DNA of 62,999 nt, the filler included. It is 5 parts of 5 records of this genome, joined end to end, with 100 filler letters (N's around TTAATTAATTAA, not from the genome) between each part and the next. Parts side by side here need not be neighbours in the genome. Positions count along the whole stretch, not along the records: positions 11,762 to 37,912 come from SRR31147125_9882; 4 more parts are not named here. The stretch is one strand, 5' to 3'. Position numbers and translations under genes: made by a program. Below the pieces are notes generated by a model. It did no database searches. It was not told the DNA's origin and saw only the letters and a list, made by a program, of their open reading frames with translations. Of this stretch, positions 20,977 through 32,533 are shown piece by piece; position 1 is the first letter of the stretch, and every line of letters begins with the position of its first letter.

Positions 20977-22178
20977 TTACCTATTAGTACGACGTCTCCA
21001 GCGCCCAAGCAACTTTTCAGCTTCTTCACGAGGCATTTTACCGTTTCTACACCATTCACCGTAATCCTTTAATTTCTCACCATCTCCGTAAGACGATTTA
21101 TCATAACTCCATGGAGATACCGTATGCCCCAAAGCAATTTCATAGAATTCTTCTTCTGTAAGCCCAACAAAGTCTAAAAAGAAATCCAAACTTGGAGGAC
21201 GTTTTCCTTCAAATTCTTTTTTCATAGCCATTGCTTCATCTCTTGACAATCGATTGTTTCGAATATCAATTGAAGCTAAATGGCTTGGCCTTGTATAACC
21301 TCTCTTAATAAATTTGATATAATCTCTGACCCCTTGCAAGTAGCATTCAATCTTTTCATAAGTGTAATTTTTAGGGACATTTTCAACTTCGTCACCCTGC
21401 CAAGACAATTCCTCTTCAATTATCTTGGACTGCTTTTTCACATCCCAAGGAATGAATGAACCCAAACAAACTGATCTATAATTAATCTTTCTGAGATCCT
21501 TCAGAGATGGATAAGTAAATGGCTGCAGCTCTCTCTCATCAACATCACCTTCCAAACGTATCAGCATATCCTGGGCATTAATTCCAAGATTGATAAATCT
21601 ATTAAATCTCTTTTCATCGACCTCTTCAACCTGTTCATAACTATAATAAGCTGTATATTCAGCAGAGGGCTCTCCCCATATAACTAGTGGAACACTGTGT
21701 CTGAGAGCAACCCACATGGGATAAGCAAAAATGCCTGTATGACAGTGCCAACAAAAATCACCCTTTTCCAGAAAGCTTTGAAGCATCAACTTCTGAACAA
21801 CCTTCCAGTTAGGAGTAAAGTGGTGAAAATCAACACCTAGCTCTCTAATAACGTTTTTCGTGTTCTTTTCTAAATTTGGTCTTAGAAAACCGTGATCAAA
21901 ACGAACAACAAGAGGCTTAAGCCCGTACTCTTTGACTAGATAGTAGAGAGTCCAAGTACTATCTTTACCGCCACTAAACGGAACAATACAATCGTACTGA
22001 TACTTTCCTTTATATTGAGCTATTAACGTATCTAACTCTTTCTTTTTATCATCCCAATTAATGGCTTCCTGTTTATATTCATGATTCTTACAAATATTAC
22101 ACACACCCTCTTCATCATAAACGATTGTCTCATGGGTCTCTGGAATAATACATTTTGAACATCTTTTAACTCAACCAT
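20977..22178 (-). CDS. N-acetyl sugar amidotransferase (WbuX/PseA-like); frameshift near 22164-22167
   Basis: Restored N-terminus MVELKRCSKCIIPETHETI...GVCNIC; PP-loop DCIVPFSGGKDS; CWHC; WGE. Confidence 0.88.
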
Positions 22179-22193
22179 TCTGGCCTCCATATT

Positions 22194-23249
22194 CTAATCA
22201 TCAACTATAATCTCCCAAGAAAGAGGTGTCCCAACTTCAACATCTTTCTGAGCTTTTTTATTTAAAACCATTTCATAATATCTCGTGTGCAATCCATCTC
22301 CGGGGCGAATACTACGAACATTCTCTTCTGAAAACCGCTCCCCTGCCTTAATATTCTTTACAACAAATAGTGAGCGTCTAAAAACCTTACTAGCCTTTTC
22401 CTTCTCAGTTATCTTATAATTGACCCTCCCTAATGCCTTTTCAACAACGCGTACAGAGTCAACCATCTCCTTAAACTCTTGAGGTTCACTTGAAAAAGCC
22501 CCATCCGGGCCACCCAAATCACGAGACAAGGTAAAATGTTTTTCTATAACCGAAGCCCCTTTAGCTGTCGCTGCAATCGCTATTGTTGAACCCATTGTGT
22601 GATCAGACAACCCAACAGGAACCGAAAAAGCTTTCTTCAAATGAGGAATTGTCTCTAAATTCATCTCTTCTGGAGGTGCAGGGTAAGAACTATTACATTT
22701 CAAAAGAACAAGATCTTTAGCACCTGCATTTCTTGCCGTACAAACAGCTTCCTCTATTTCGGACAATGTAGCCATCCCTGTTGACATAATAATAGGCTTA
22801 CCGGTCTTTGCAACATACTCAATGAGAGGTAAGTCTACTAATTCAAACGAAGCTATTTTATATGCAGGGACATCTAGTTTTTCCAAAAAATCAACTGCAG
22901 ACTTGTCAAAGGGAGTTGAAAAAGATATCAAACCTAACCCTTTAGCCGCTGCAAAAAGTTCGGGGAACCACTCCCAGGGTGTATAAGCTTCTTTATACAA
23001 CTGATACAAATTCTTTCCATCCCATAAAGTCCCTTTATTAATTCGAAAATAATCGTTTTCGCAATTTATTGTAATTGTATCTGGAGTATATGTCTGAAAC
23101 TTAACAGCGTCAGCTCCTGATTTTTTGGCTTCTTCGAGAATCTTAATAGCATTGTCCAGTTTGTGATTATGATTACCTGACATCTCTGCAATCATAAAGA
23201 CTGGATTCTTATTTCCGATTTTTCTATTTTCAATCTGCACACTATTCAT
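22194..23249 (-). CDS. pseI: Pseudaminic acid synthase
   Basis: IAEMSGNHN, KFQTYTPDT, LYKEAYTPWEW, GLSDHT, EKHFTL, SAF domain RPGDGL. Confidence 0.9.
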   Translation of the reverse strand: MNSVQIENRKIGNKNPVFMIAEMSGNHNHKLDNAIKILEEAKKSGADAVKFQTYTPDTITINCENDYFRINKGTLWDGKNLYQLYKEAYTPWEWFPELFAAAKGLGLISFSTPFDKSAVDFLEKLDVPAYKIASFELVDLPLIEYVAKTGKPIIMSTGMATLSEIEEAVCTARNAGAKDLVLLKCNSSYPAPPEEMNLETIPHLKKAFSVPVGLSDHTMGSTIAIAATAKGASVIEKHFTLSRDLGGPDGAFSSEPQEFKEMVDSVRVVEKALGRVNYKITEKEKASKVFRRSLFVVKNIKAGERFSEENVRSIRPGDGLHTRYYEMVLNKKAQKDVEVGTPLSWEIIVDD

Positions 23250-23264
23250 GCGATTTCTCCACTA

Positions 23265-23837
23265 TTATTGCTTAGCTTTTCCACTAATATTACTTACGGG
23301 TGTATCCCAACCATTCACAAGCAACTCTTTGTAGATTTCCTTGTCCTTTACCCTATGAAACGAACCGCCATCAGGTTGAGATATCGCTTTTACAGCTCTC
23401 TCTCTGATACGCGACCAACTCTCATCAAACAACCCAACCATATCTACTTGGAGTTTTTGGTAACTACTAGCCAACGTCTCATCATTAGAAAAAGAGACTT
23501 CTTTTTGGGCAATAATGTCACCAGTATCCAAACCTTCATCGATCAAATGGATCGAAACACCCTTGGGTGTATTTTCCAAAAAACTCCATAAGTTCGGATC
23601 GGCCCCTCTATTCCAAGGCAACAAAGAGATATGAAGATTAATAATATCTCTTCCCATCATGTCCAAAATATCTTTCTTTATCAAATGTCGATATCCATAA
23701 CTGATAACAAAATCGATTTTATTTTTTTCAATAAATTCTACATTAATAACCTCATGATGAACCAGGCATTCATCACCTGACTTCCTCAAGGTGTTAATAA
23801 GCAATTCGCTCGAATTTCCCAATAATAATACTTTCAT
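23265..23837 (-). CDS. Sugar N-formyltransferase (PseJ-like)
   Basis: Intact INLHISLLPWNRGADPNLWS and LDTGDII motifs; no C-terminal domain. Confidence 0.85.
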   Translation of the reverse strand: MKVLLLGNSSELLINTLRKSGDECLVHHEVINVEFIEKNKIDFVISYGYRHLIKKDILDMMGRDIINLHISLLPWNRGADPNLWSFLENTPKGVSIHLIDEGLDTGDIIAQKEVSFSNDETLASSYQKLQVDMVGLFDESWSRIRERAVKAISQPDGGSFHRVKDKEIYKELLVNGWDTPVSNISGKAKQ

Positions 23838-23845
23838 AATATAGA

Positions 23846-24640
23846 TTAGACAAAATAATATCTGTTTAAAAACTCAACATCTTGAATAAAATGCCCTACT
23901 CCGTTATTACAATCACCCTTAGTTTCTATTGTAATAGACTTATTTTCAGGTATAGCTTCCAGTATCCATGAAAAATCATAATTTCCAGACCCAAGCTGCT
24001 TATGCATATCATATTCAGATTCAGAATCACCGTCTGACAAATGAAACATCTGGGGCTTTAATAAAAGGAACTCTCGAACTACTTCTTGAACATCTCTCTT
24101 CATTGAAACTGATGCATTAATAGCATGACCAAAATCAAGACAGAAACCCAAACCTGTTTCATCAGTTATGAGTTTGATCTGTTCCGGAGAATAACCAACA
24201 CACATTTCATTTTTTAAGCCAATCTTTGGCTTATTCTCTACCAAGGCAATATCAAACAACTTATTATACTGTTTAGCAAATACCTTAAATTGCCTAATGG
24301 TCTCATTTAGCTCCCCATCAATTCCCGGGTGAAAAACTATTTTCGAAGGGTTGAGAGACTCTCTAAATAACTCAACGTCATCTAAGACAGCTCTATTTTC
24401 CAACTCTTTTTCAACAAAAGACGGATTAAAGCCAGCATAGGAATGCGGCGCATGTAAAATAAAAGGAATATCTATATCTTTCCAAATATCGAGCAAATCT
24501 TTAGAGCCTGGGACACAAAAGAGTTCAATATAATCAAAAAGATTATCGTGATAAAAACTCTTTGCCTGCTCAATATGTTCAATATTTCCAGACCAAAGTT
24601 TCAAACCAAATCTGTGTTTTCTTGGAATATTATTCATCAA
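23846..24640 (-). CDS. Xylose isomerase/AP-endonuclease-2-like TIM barrel protein
   Basis: LHAPH, VFHPG, VENKP, CLDFGHA, FHLSDG, DMH..LGSG, TIET metal-binding pattern. Confidence 0.8.
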   Translation of the reverse strand: MMNNIPRKHRFGLKLWSGNIEHIEQAKSFYHDNLFDYIELFCVPGSKDLLDIWKDIDIPFILHAPHSYAGFNPSFVEKELENRAVLDDVELFRESLNPSKIVFHPGIDGELNETIRQFKVFAKQYNKLFDIALVENKPKIGLKNEMCVGYSPEQIKLITDETGLGFCLDFGHAINASVSMKRDVQEVVREFLLLKPQMFHLSDGDSESEYDMHKQLGSGNYDFSWILEAIPENKSITIETKGDCNNGVGHFIQDVEFLNRYYFV

Positions 24641-25947
24641 GTAAGTCTTTTGAATCCTGAGTGAGATATTGGACCGTCAATCGCTGATTCGATATCCCCA
24701 TCATCTATTATCTTTTTTATTTGAGAAAACACTTCCTTAACATTCTCTAGATACCTTTCTATTTCTTCTCTCGTATGCGCATAAGATACATATAAACCGG
24801 TCCCTGCCAAATACCCTCTTTTCAGCATCTCTTGAGTAAAAAAAGTTTTAAGTGCCAAAGAATTATCATGATTAAATGAAAAATGACTTAATGGAGCTAT
24901 ACCGAATACATTTATATCTAACCCCAAATCTTCGGACATCTCTTTCCAGCCATTTTGAACAATAGCACCTATTTCATTCAAATGTTCTGGGACATTCTTT
25001 TCTTTCATAAATTTTATTGTCTGAATTGATGCTACCGGACCTATTCTTTCAGTCCAATAAGTACTGCTGATAAATGAATTCTGAGCACTCTGCATAATAT
25101 CCGAACGACCAATTATGGCACTCATTGGGTACCCGTTACTCATTCCCTTTCCAAATACAGCAATGTCGGGATCAACTCCAAACTTTAAGTGAGCACCCCC
25201 AACATTCAGACGCCAACCAGATGTTATTTCATCAAAGATTAAGACAATCCCACTCTTCTTAGTCTCATCTCTTATAGTCTCCAAAAAACTCTCTTTTGGG
25301 TAATGGTTTCTAAGAGGTTCCATAACTACTGCCGCAATACGACCTTCATTTTCACTGAGAACCTTCTTGAAACTTTCTATATCATTATATGAAAATGGAA
25401 TAGCTGTATTACCTAAATTACGAGGAACTCCCGTTGAATCCAACCCAGGCAATAAATGATTATCTAGAGAGGCGTCATCGGAAATGTTCGCTGATAGATA
25501 CCAATCATGCCAGCCATGATAACCACAAAAAAGGACTACATCTTTCTTAGTTTTGGCTCTAGCAATTCGAACAGCTATCGACATGGCCTCTCCACCCGTA
25601 CGTGAATATCTGACCATATCGGCCCAAGGATGTATCTCACAAAGCAACTTTCCTAATTCAACTTCCTCAGGAGCGTTTAGAGTTGTCATACTACCATTAT
25701 CCACAACATTTTTTACAGCTGAATTAATCACCTCGTTAGCGTACCCCAAGACACAGGCACCAATTCCCATAAGGCTCATATCAATATACTCATTCCCATC
25801 CAAATCCCAAACTCTGCAACCTTCGGCACGGCTGTAATATGCCGGCCATTTCTCTGGCAAAAACATCTCAGGTCGTTTTGACAACAACTGTGTTCCACCG
25901 GGAATTATTTTTTTTGCCTGCTGATATAATTTTTGAGTTTCATTCAT
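24637..25947 (-). CDS. Class III PLP aminotransferase (glutamate-1-semialdehyde aminomutase-like)
   Basis: IIPGG, WDLDGNEYID, GYHGWHDW, LIFDEITSGWR, FGKGMSNGYP. Confidence 0.88.
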   Translation of the reverse strand: MNETQKLYQQAKKIIPGGTQLLSKRPEMFLPEKWPAYYSRAEGCRVWDLDGNEYIDMSLMGIGACVLGYANEVINSAVKNVVDNGSMTTLNAPEEVELGKLLCEIHPWADMVRYSRTGGEAMSIAVRIARAKTKKDVVLFCGYHGWHDWYLSANISDDASLDNHLLPGLDSTGVPRNLGNTAIPFSYNDIESFKKVLSENEGRIAAVVMEPLRNHYPKESFLETIRDETKKSGIVLIFDEITSGWRLNVGGAHLKFGVDPDIAVFGKGMSNGYPMSAIIGRSDIMQSAQNSFISSTYWTERIGPVASIQTIKFMKEKNVPEHLNEIGAIVQNGWKEMSEDLGLDINVFGIAPLSHFSFNHDNSLALKTFFTQEMLKRGYLAGTGLYVSYAHTREEIERYLENVKEVFSQIKKIIDDGDIESAIDGPISHSGFKRLT

Positions 25948-25949
25948 AA

Positions 25950-26741
25950 TTATGACTCCGCTGAAATAGGCTTATCTTTTTCAAGAGATTTTTTATAACC
26001 TTCATTTCTCTCTATATTACTATTTAGTCCTTGAAGTTCGGGTTCCTTCTCAAGCAACCGCAAAACATCACTCATTCCAAAATCAGGATTTATTGGAAGT
26101 AATTTTTTATATATTTTAGAAACAAATTCGTAATCTCGTTGCTCATCTACAGTCCAACGCATATCTTTTAGATTTTCTTCGTACTCTACACTTTTCAAAT
26201 TATATTTTGAGGAATTCTTTTTTACATATGGAGTCACATGTTCCCTCTCCGATAGAAGCTCGGCTTTCTTCCAAGCTTCCTGGAGAACACTGAATTTCAG
26301 AACCTCTGCATCTATTCCATCAGGGTATGTTTCAACTAAAGTATTGCTCGTATAATCATATCCTTCATCTAAATGTATCTTAATAATATGATCAACAACC
26401 TCATCATCGATCAAAGGACAATCACCTGTAATCCTTACCACATGCGTTGGTTTATATAGTCTGGCAGCCTGATAAAAACGATCCAGGACATCCTCTTCAG
26501 ACCCACAAGATACCTTTATTCCCTTCGAAGAACAGATATTAACAATCTTTAAGTCATCATCACTGATAGATGTTGCAACAACAACCTCATCAATCAATTT
26601 GCTCTTACGAACACGCTCAACAATTCGCTCGATAATCGGCTTACCCTCTAAATCATACAATACTTTACCAGGAAGTCTTGTTGAACCCATTCGAGCCTGA
26701 ACTATAGCTATAATCTTTTCATTTCTCATCGTTTTGGCCAC
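25950..26741 (-). CDS. SpsF-type acylneuraminate cytidylyltransferase
   Basis: QARMGSTRLPGKVL, GSEEDVLDRF, RITGDCP, REHVTPY, RWTVD. Confidence 0.88.
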   Translation of the reverse strand: MAKTMRNEKIIAIVQARMGSTRLPGKVLYDLEGKPIIERIVERVRKSKLIDEVVVATSISDDDLKIVNICSSKGIKVSCGSEEDVLDRFYQAARLYKPTHVVRITGDCPLIDDEVVDHIIKIHLDEGYDYTSNTLVETYPDGIDAEVLKFSVLQEAWKKAELLSEREHVTPYVKKNSSKYNLKSVEYEENLKDMRWTVDEQRDYEFVSKIYKKLLPINPDFGMSDVLRLLEKEPELQGLNSNIERNEGYKKSLEKDKPISAES

Positions 26742-27610
26742 CTAAATGGTAATATTATATCTTCATTATCAATTCTTAATCTTTCCAAATCGCTCATTAA
26801 AGGAATAACTTTCTCAGCATATTCAGAAACTTTCATCAAATCCTGAAAATTTTCCATTCCATCAACACCAACAACAACTCTATCAATATTCTGATTTAGC
26901 AACGCAAAATTCATACAGAGCTGAGATACTGGAATTGAGGTCGATGAAGACAACGAATTAAGAGTATCTATCCTGCCTCTGACATCTTCAAAAAAAGGAT
27001 CAAGATCTGAAGCTCTTTTAAACACTAACCCCTGGAGAAAGACAGATCTAACATGAATCTCCACGTCCATCTGCTTCATACTCTTGAAATAAGGTTCAAA
27101 ACGCTGATCAAAAACACTGTATGGAATTTGAACAATATCAAAATCTATATCACTATTTAGAAGCTTCTCTAGTTGTTCAGGATAATACAGAGAGAAACCA
27201 ATCCGCTTAATCTTTTCCCTCTTCTTGTTTTCAACCAAGACATCCCAAATCTCTGAATTCGATTCACAAGCTTCAAAGTCATGTATCAGGTAACCATACA
27301 AGGAATCAGCACCAAGATTTGCAAAAGACAGATCAATCTTATTTTCAGCATCAGTTTTTGAAGAAGCCGTATATTTGGAAACAATATTGAATTTCAAATC
27401 GGCTTGTTCAGAAAGAGATCTCCCAATAACTTCTTCACTATCACCATACAATAGCGCCGTATCCAAAGTATCCAACTCATAGCTCTTAGCAAGTCTTAGT
27501 ATCTCAGACACTTCTGTCGCTGGGACTTTTCCCCTAGTATTCGAAATACCATAATCACTTCCAAACTGGACAGTACCTAACGCAATTTTTTTATTATAGT
27601 TTTGATTCAT
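26726..27610 (-). CDS. Aldo/keto reductase
   Basis: IALGTVQFGSDYG, LDTALLYGDSE, YLIH, GFSLY, HVRSVFLQG. Confidence 0.88.
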   Translation of the reverse strand: MNQNYNKKIALGTVQFGSDYGISNTRGKVPATEVSEILRLAKSYELDTLDTALLYGDSEEVIGRSLSEQADLKFNIVSKYTASSKTDAENKIDLSFANLGADSLYGYLIHDFEACESNSEIWDVLVENKKREKIKRIGFSLYYPEQLEKLLNSDIDFDIVQIPYSVFDQRFEPYFKSMKQMDVEIHVRSVFLQGLVFKRASDLDPFFEDVRGRIDTLNSLSSSTSIPVSQLCMNFALLNQNIDRVVVGVDGMENFQDLMKVSEYAEKVIPLMSDLERLRIDNEDIILPFRWPKR

Positions 27611-28763
27611 AATCTTTAAAAACCTGAAACAGACGATCACAAACTTTTTTAATATCCTCATCTGTCATATCTTGATAGAGAGGAATCGATATTTCTTTCT
27701 TATAAAAGACTTCTGTGTTTGGACTACCCTCTTTGCTATACCCTAAAGATGCATAGTAGGGTTGTCTATAAACAGGAATATAATGAACCTGAACACCAAG
27801 TCCTGCATTGCGCATCAAATCAAACAATTCACGCTTATGCTCCAAATATTTATCTTTCAATAATATTGGAAAGAGATGATGAGCCGAGTTTCTTTCAGTC
27901 TTCTCAGACAAGACGTCAAAGTATGGATTACCAGAAAAAGCTGCCAAATACTGCCTAACAATTGCTTTTCTTCTATCAATAAACTGATCTAGCTTCTTTA
28001 GTTGACTCAAGCCAAGGGCAGCGTGAATATCACTCATTCGATAATTATAACCCAAGTATTGCATTTCATAATACCAGCCACCGACCTCATCTTTTGTAGC
28101 CTTAATATGATCCTTAGTTATACCATGAGTTCTAAACATAAGAAGCTTCTTGTAGAACTCCTCACTATTTGTAACAACAGCGCCGCCTTCTGCCGTTGTA
28201 ATAGGCTTAACCGGATGGAAACTAAATACCGTCATATCTGAATATTTGCAGGATCCAATTTTCTCATCTTCATATTCAGCTCCCAATGCATGACAAGCAT
28301 CTTCAACAACAAACAAACCGTGTTTCTTTGCAATTTCACGAACCTGCTTAAGATCAACAGGCTGACCAGCATAATGGACTGGGACAATCAACTTTGTCTG
28401 CTCTGTTATTACCGACTCAAGCTTTTCAAGGTCAATATTTCCAGTATCTGATTCTATATCTACAAAAATGGGTTTTGCGCCGAGATATAGCCCTGCATTT
28501 GCCGTTGCCGCAAAAGTATTAGGTGAAGTGATCAGTTCATCATTCTTTTCCAAACCTAAGGCAAAGTACGCTGCATGCAAAGCGGCTGTCCCCGAATTAA
28601 AGGCAACGGCATATTTAGCTCCACAATAACTCGCAAGCTCGCTTTCGAACTCAGATATTTTCGGACCTTGAGTAATATAATCAGACTGAAGAACTTCTAA
28701 GACAGCCTTGATCTCACTGTCGTCAATACTCTGCTTTCCATACGGAAAAAACTCTTTCATCAT
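27594..28763 (-). CDS. pseC: UDP-4-amino-4,6-dideoxy-N-acetyl-beta-L-altrosamine transaminase
   Basis: PYGKQSID, ITQGP, EDACHALGA, FSFHPVKPITTAEGG, GWYYEMQYLGYNYR. Confidence 0.9.
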   Translation of the reverse strand: MMKEFFPYGKQSIDDSEIKAVLEVLQSDYITQGPKISEFESELASYCGAKYAVAFNSGTAALHAAYFALGLEKNDELITSPNTFAATANAGLYLGAKPIFVDIESDTGNIDLEKLESVITEQTKLIVPVHYAGQPVDLKQVREIAKKHGLFVVEDACHALGAEYEDEKIGSCKYSDMTVFSFHPVKPITTAEGGAVVTNSEEFYKKLLMFRTHGITKDHIKATKDEVGGWYYEMQYLGYNYRMSDIHAALGLSQLKKLDQFIDRRKAIVRQYLAAFSGNPYFDVLSEKTERNSAHHLFPILLKDKYLEHKRELFDLMRNAGLGVQVHYIPVYRQPYYASLGYSKEGSPNTEVFYKKEISIPLYQDMTDEDIKKVCDRLFQVFKDYESKL

Positions 28764-28776
28764 TCAACCAACCTTC

Positions 28777-29774
28777 TTAATAGACAATATCTACTTCATT
28801 TAACAAATTCGACAATTTTTGAACTTCTAGCCACTCAGCATTTTCACCCGAAGAATAAGTAAAACCATCTTCGACCTTTTCACCACCGGTTTTGAAGTGT
28901 TGATCCAAATCCCACCAATCAAAATTAGGATAGATGATGTAATGATCATCATATTCATATGTTGTACGGGAATCTTCCTTAGCAATCATTATCTCATGTA
29001 ATTTTTCACCTTCTCTAATACCAACAACATTTATGTCGACTTCTGGATGTACAGCTTGAGCCAAATCAGTAATCTTAAATGAAGGGATCTTTGAAACGTA
29101 GACCTCTCCACCCTTTGACTCATTAATAGCTTTAAAAACCAAATCGACACCCTGATCTAAGGTAATCCAAAAACGTGTCATCCTTGTATCTGTAATAGGA
29201 AGAACTCTATCGCCCCCATCAACAAGAGTCTTAAAGAATGGAATCACAGAACCGCGACTACCAGCAACATTCCCATATCTGACAACACTAAAAACAGAGC
29301 CCTCTTTACCAGAATAAGCATTTGCTGAGATGAACAATTTGTCTGACACCAACTTAGTTGCACCATACAAATTTACCGGGTTAACGGCTTTATCTGTCGA
29401 TAGAGCAACTACCTTTTTAACACCGCAATCAATCGCAGCATTAATAATATTTTCAGCGCCGTGAATATTTGTTTTAACAGCTTCAATAGGATTATATTCC
29501 ATTAGGGGAACGTGTTTAAGGGCTGCAGCATGAATCACATAATCAACATCAACAAAGGCACGATATAGACGATCTCTATCACGCACATCACCAATAAAAA
29601 GCGTAGCTTTTCTTCGTGTTCAGCAAACTGCTTTCTCATCATATATTGTTTATATTCATCTCTCGAATAGATAATAATCTTTCTTGGATTATAATCTTTC
29701 AGGATTCTTGCCACAAACTTCTTGCCAAAAGAACCCGTTCCACCTGTAATTAAGATTACTTTATCATTTAACAC
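28777..29774 (-). CDS. pseB: UDP-GlcNAc 4,6-dehydratase (inverting); frameshift near 29596-29600
   Basis: TGGTGSFG, YSRDEYKQ, HAAALKHVP, STDKAVNPVNLYGATK, RYGNVAGSRGSVIP, MTRFWI. Confidence 0.92.
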
Positions 29775-29777
29775 CTT

Positions 29778-30611
29778 TTACCTCCTGTCTGTTCTTCCTA
29801 TAAAGAAAGGATTTCTCAAATCTTTTTTATTATAAAATAAATTTCCATTATTAACAGTTTCACTAATATACGCCCCAGCCTCTTCCAAGATAATATGCCC
29901 AGCCGCTGTATCCCATTCCATGGTGGGTCCAAATCTTGGATAAATGTCTGCCTCACCCTCTGCAACGAGACAAAACTTAAGCGAGCTACCAGCTGACACA
30001 CACTCAACTTCAGAATATTCTTTTTTTAAGCAATCAATAAACCCTTGAGTATCTTTATTAATATGTGATCGACTCGCAACAACCTTGACCTTCTCGTTCG
30101 ACTGTTCCCTCTTAATCGGCAGTAGCGATTTACCTACTTCATCCCAGGAATCAACAGTCCAGCCTTGAGTAAATTTCTTTTTGGCCTCTTCAATCTTATA
30201 TGAACCTTCACCACTTAATGCACAATAGACAACATCCATCTCGGGGACATATATAACACCCAGCTTTGGCTGGTTGTCTTCAATTAACGCAATGTTAACT
30301 GTATATTCACCATTTCTTTTTATAAATTCCTTTGTTCCATCAAGCGGATCGACCAACCAATATTTCTCCCATTGCTTTCGAACATCGTATTCAACCTCTT
30401 TTTCTTCTTCGGACATTAGGGGAACTTCTGGGAAACACTTATTCAAAGCATCTTTAATAACCTGATTTGAGGCTTTGTCTGCAATGGTTAAAGGCGACTG
30501 ATCATCTTTATACTCAACTCCAAAATCATCTGAACGATAAATCTTTGATGTCTCAATTCCTGCATCAACTGCTATTTTACAGATTCTATTTAAAGTCTTA
30601 AAACTTCTCAA
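29778..30611 (-). CDS. cysQ: 3'(2'),5'-bisphosphate nucleotidase
   Basis: [37 protein letters not shown]. Confidence 0.93.
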   Translation of the reverse strand: MRSFKTLNRICKIAVDAGIETSKIYRSDDFGVEYKDDQSPLTIADKASNQVIKDALNKCFPEVPLMSEEEKEVEYDVRKQWEKYWLVDPLDGTKEFIKRNGEYTVNIALIEDNQPKLGVIYVPEMDVVYCALSGEGSYKIEEAKKKFTQGWTVDSWDEVGKSLLPIKREQSNEKVKVVASRSHINKDTQGFIDCLKKEYSEVECVSAGSSLKFCLVAEGEADIYPRFGPTMEWDTAAGHIILEEAGAYISETVNNGNLFYNKKDLRNPFFIGRTDRR

Positions 30612-32533
30612 GAAATCACCCCTTTTTTCTTCAAATACGAAACAATTTCATCAGCACTATCTTTTGGTTCAGAATCAAGCACATCAATTTTAATTTGGGA
30701 ATTCTCTGGTCTTTCGTACGGAACATTAACCCCCGCTAATGTATCAATCTCACCATTCACTGCTTTTGCATACAAACCACGATTATCATGTTCTTTACAC
30801 CAATCAATTGAAGCGTCTAAAAAGACTTCTGTAAAATTCTCGCTACCAATCTCTCTTCTTATCTCCTCCCGAACCTTCTCATCAGGGGAAACAAAAGCAC
30901 AAATTGCGACTATTCCAGACTGATTAAGCAATTTCGCGACCTCTGTAACTCTTCTAAGATGTTCGGACCTATCTAGTGCAGTAAAATCCAACTCTCGACT
31001 TAAACCCAATCTGGTATTTTCTCCATCCAGAACAACGCATTTAACACCTTGAGAAAAGATTTTCTTTTCAAGCTCATAAGCCACACTTGTTTTGCCTGAG
31101 GAGACCAAACCGGTTATCCAAACCGTATGAGGTTTATGACCATACTTTTCAATTCTTTCACCTGAACTAATCAAGCTATTTGTCTTCGCTAAATTCTTAT
31201 TATCTGATGAGCTTGCACTATGAATGCTTGAAGGCAGGGATTTTGAAGGCTCCCTATCCAAAATCATGCCGGCAGCAACTGTATTGTTTGTTATTGCATC
31301 AACAACAATAAAACTACCCGTGAGTCTGTTCTTTTTATATGGATCAAAAAATAGCGGCTTCATTGTGGTAAAAACAACTCTGCCTATTTCATTTAAATGC
31401 AACCTATCAGTAGAAACCCTATTCAACTCATTCACATCAATTTTGTAACGGACATCATCTACACGCGCCTTAACAGACTGAGTTGTATGTTTTATATAAT
31501 ATGTTTTACTTGGGTCTAAAGACTCGTCCCCCATCCAAACAAGCATACCCTCAAAATGTCTTTCAACATGAGGACGGTTATTAGGATGGATCAACATATC
31601 TCCCCTACTAATATCTATCTCGTCTTCAAGCGTTAGAGTAACGGACATGGGTGGATAAGCTTCGTCTAACTCACTATCCCAAGAGACAATTGATTCAACC
31701 CTACTCTGCTTCATTGAAGGCAACACTGTTACCGTATCACCCTTCCTAACGATACCTGAAACTAGTTGAGCGGAATATCCTCGAAAATTCTGATTTGGCC
31801 TGGAGACATATTGAACAGGAAAACGTAAATCGACTAAATTCTTATCGCTTGCGACATAAATATTTTCTAGTATTTCAAGAAAACTCTCACCGCTATACCA
31901 CGACATTCTTTCACTACGTTCAGTTACGTTATCGCCTTCCAACGCACTAATAGGAATAAAACGAACATCTGTAATATTCAATTTTTGAGCAAACTTTGAA
32001 TACTCATCTTTAATCTTATTATAAGCATCTTCGCTATAATCGACTAAATCCATCTTATTGATAGCGACCAACATATGCGGAACACCCAACAATGAAGATA
32101 TAAATGAGTGCCTCTTCGTCTGGGGCATTATACCATTACGCGCATCAATCAGAATGACAGCTAAGTCAGCAGTTGAGGCACCAGTTGCCATATTTCTGGT
32201 ATATTGCTCATGCCCCGGAGTATCAGCTATAATAAACTTTCTCTTTGGTGTTGAAAAATAGCGATAAGCCACATCAATTGTAATTCCTTGCTCACGCTCT
32301 GCTTTTAGCCCATCAGTTATAAGCGCAAAATCAATTTCGGCATGCTCATTTATCTTTTGAGAGGCTTGCTTAACCGACGCCAATTGATCTTCAAAAACGC
32401 CCTTTGAATCGTGAAGCAAACGACCAATCAATGTCGATTTTCCATCATCAATACTGCCGGCTGTAGAAAATCTCAAAAGATCTCTTTTTTCATTTTGAGC
32501 TAAAAAATCATCTATAGAAAAACCATTAGTCAT
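30608..32533 (-). CDS. cysNC: Sulfate adenylyltransferase large subunit fused to APS kinase domain (CysN/CysC)
   Basis: [43 protein letters not shown]-terminal [11 protein letters not shown]. Confidence 0.93.
   Translation of the reverse strand: MTNGFSIDDFLAQNEKRDLLRFSTAGSIDDGKSTLIGRLLHDSKGVFEDQLASVKQASQKINEHAEIDFALITDGLKAEREQGITIDVAYRYFSTPKRKFIIADTPGHEQYTRNMATGASTADLAVILIDARNGIMPQTKRHSFISSLLGVPHMLVAINKMDLVDYSEDAYNKIKDEYSKFAQKLNITDVRFIPISALEGDNVTERSERMSWYSGESFLEILENIYVASDKNLVDLRFPVQYVSRPNQNFRGYSAQLVSGIVRKGDTVTVLPSMKQSRVESIVSWDSELDEAYPPMSVTLTLEDEIDISRGDMLIHPNNRPHVERHFEGMLVWMGDESLDPSKTYYIKHTTQSVKARVDDVRYKIDVNELNRVSTDRLHLNEIGRVVFTTMKPLFFDPYKKNRLTGSFIVVDAITNNTVAAGMILDREPSKSLPSSIHSASSSDNKNLAKTNSLISSGERIEKYGHKPHTVWITGLVSSGKTSVAYELEKKIFSQGVKCVVLDGENTRLGLSRELDFTALDRSEHLRRVTEVAKLLNQSGIVAICAFVSPDEKVREEIRREIGSENFTEVFLDASIDWCKEHDNRGLYAKAVNGEIDTLAGVNVPYERPENSQIKIDVLDSEPKDSADEIVSYLKKKGVIS

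Noticed and set aside
24637-25947. hemL for tetrapyrrole synthesis
   Set aside because: Sugar-pathway context and the YHGWHDW variant; no hem genes nearby.
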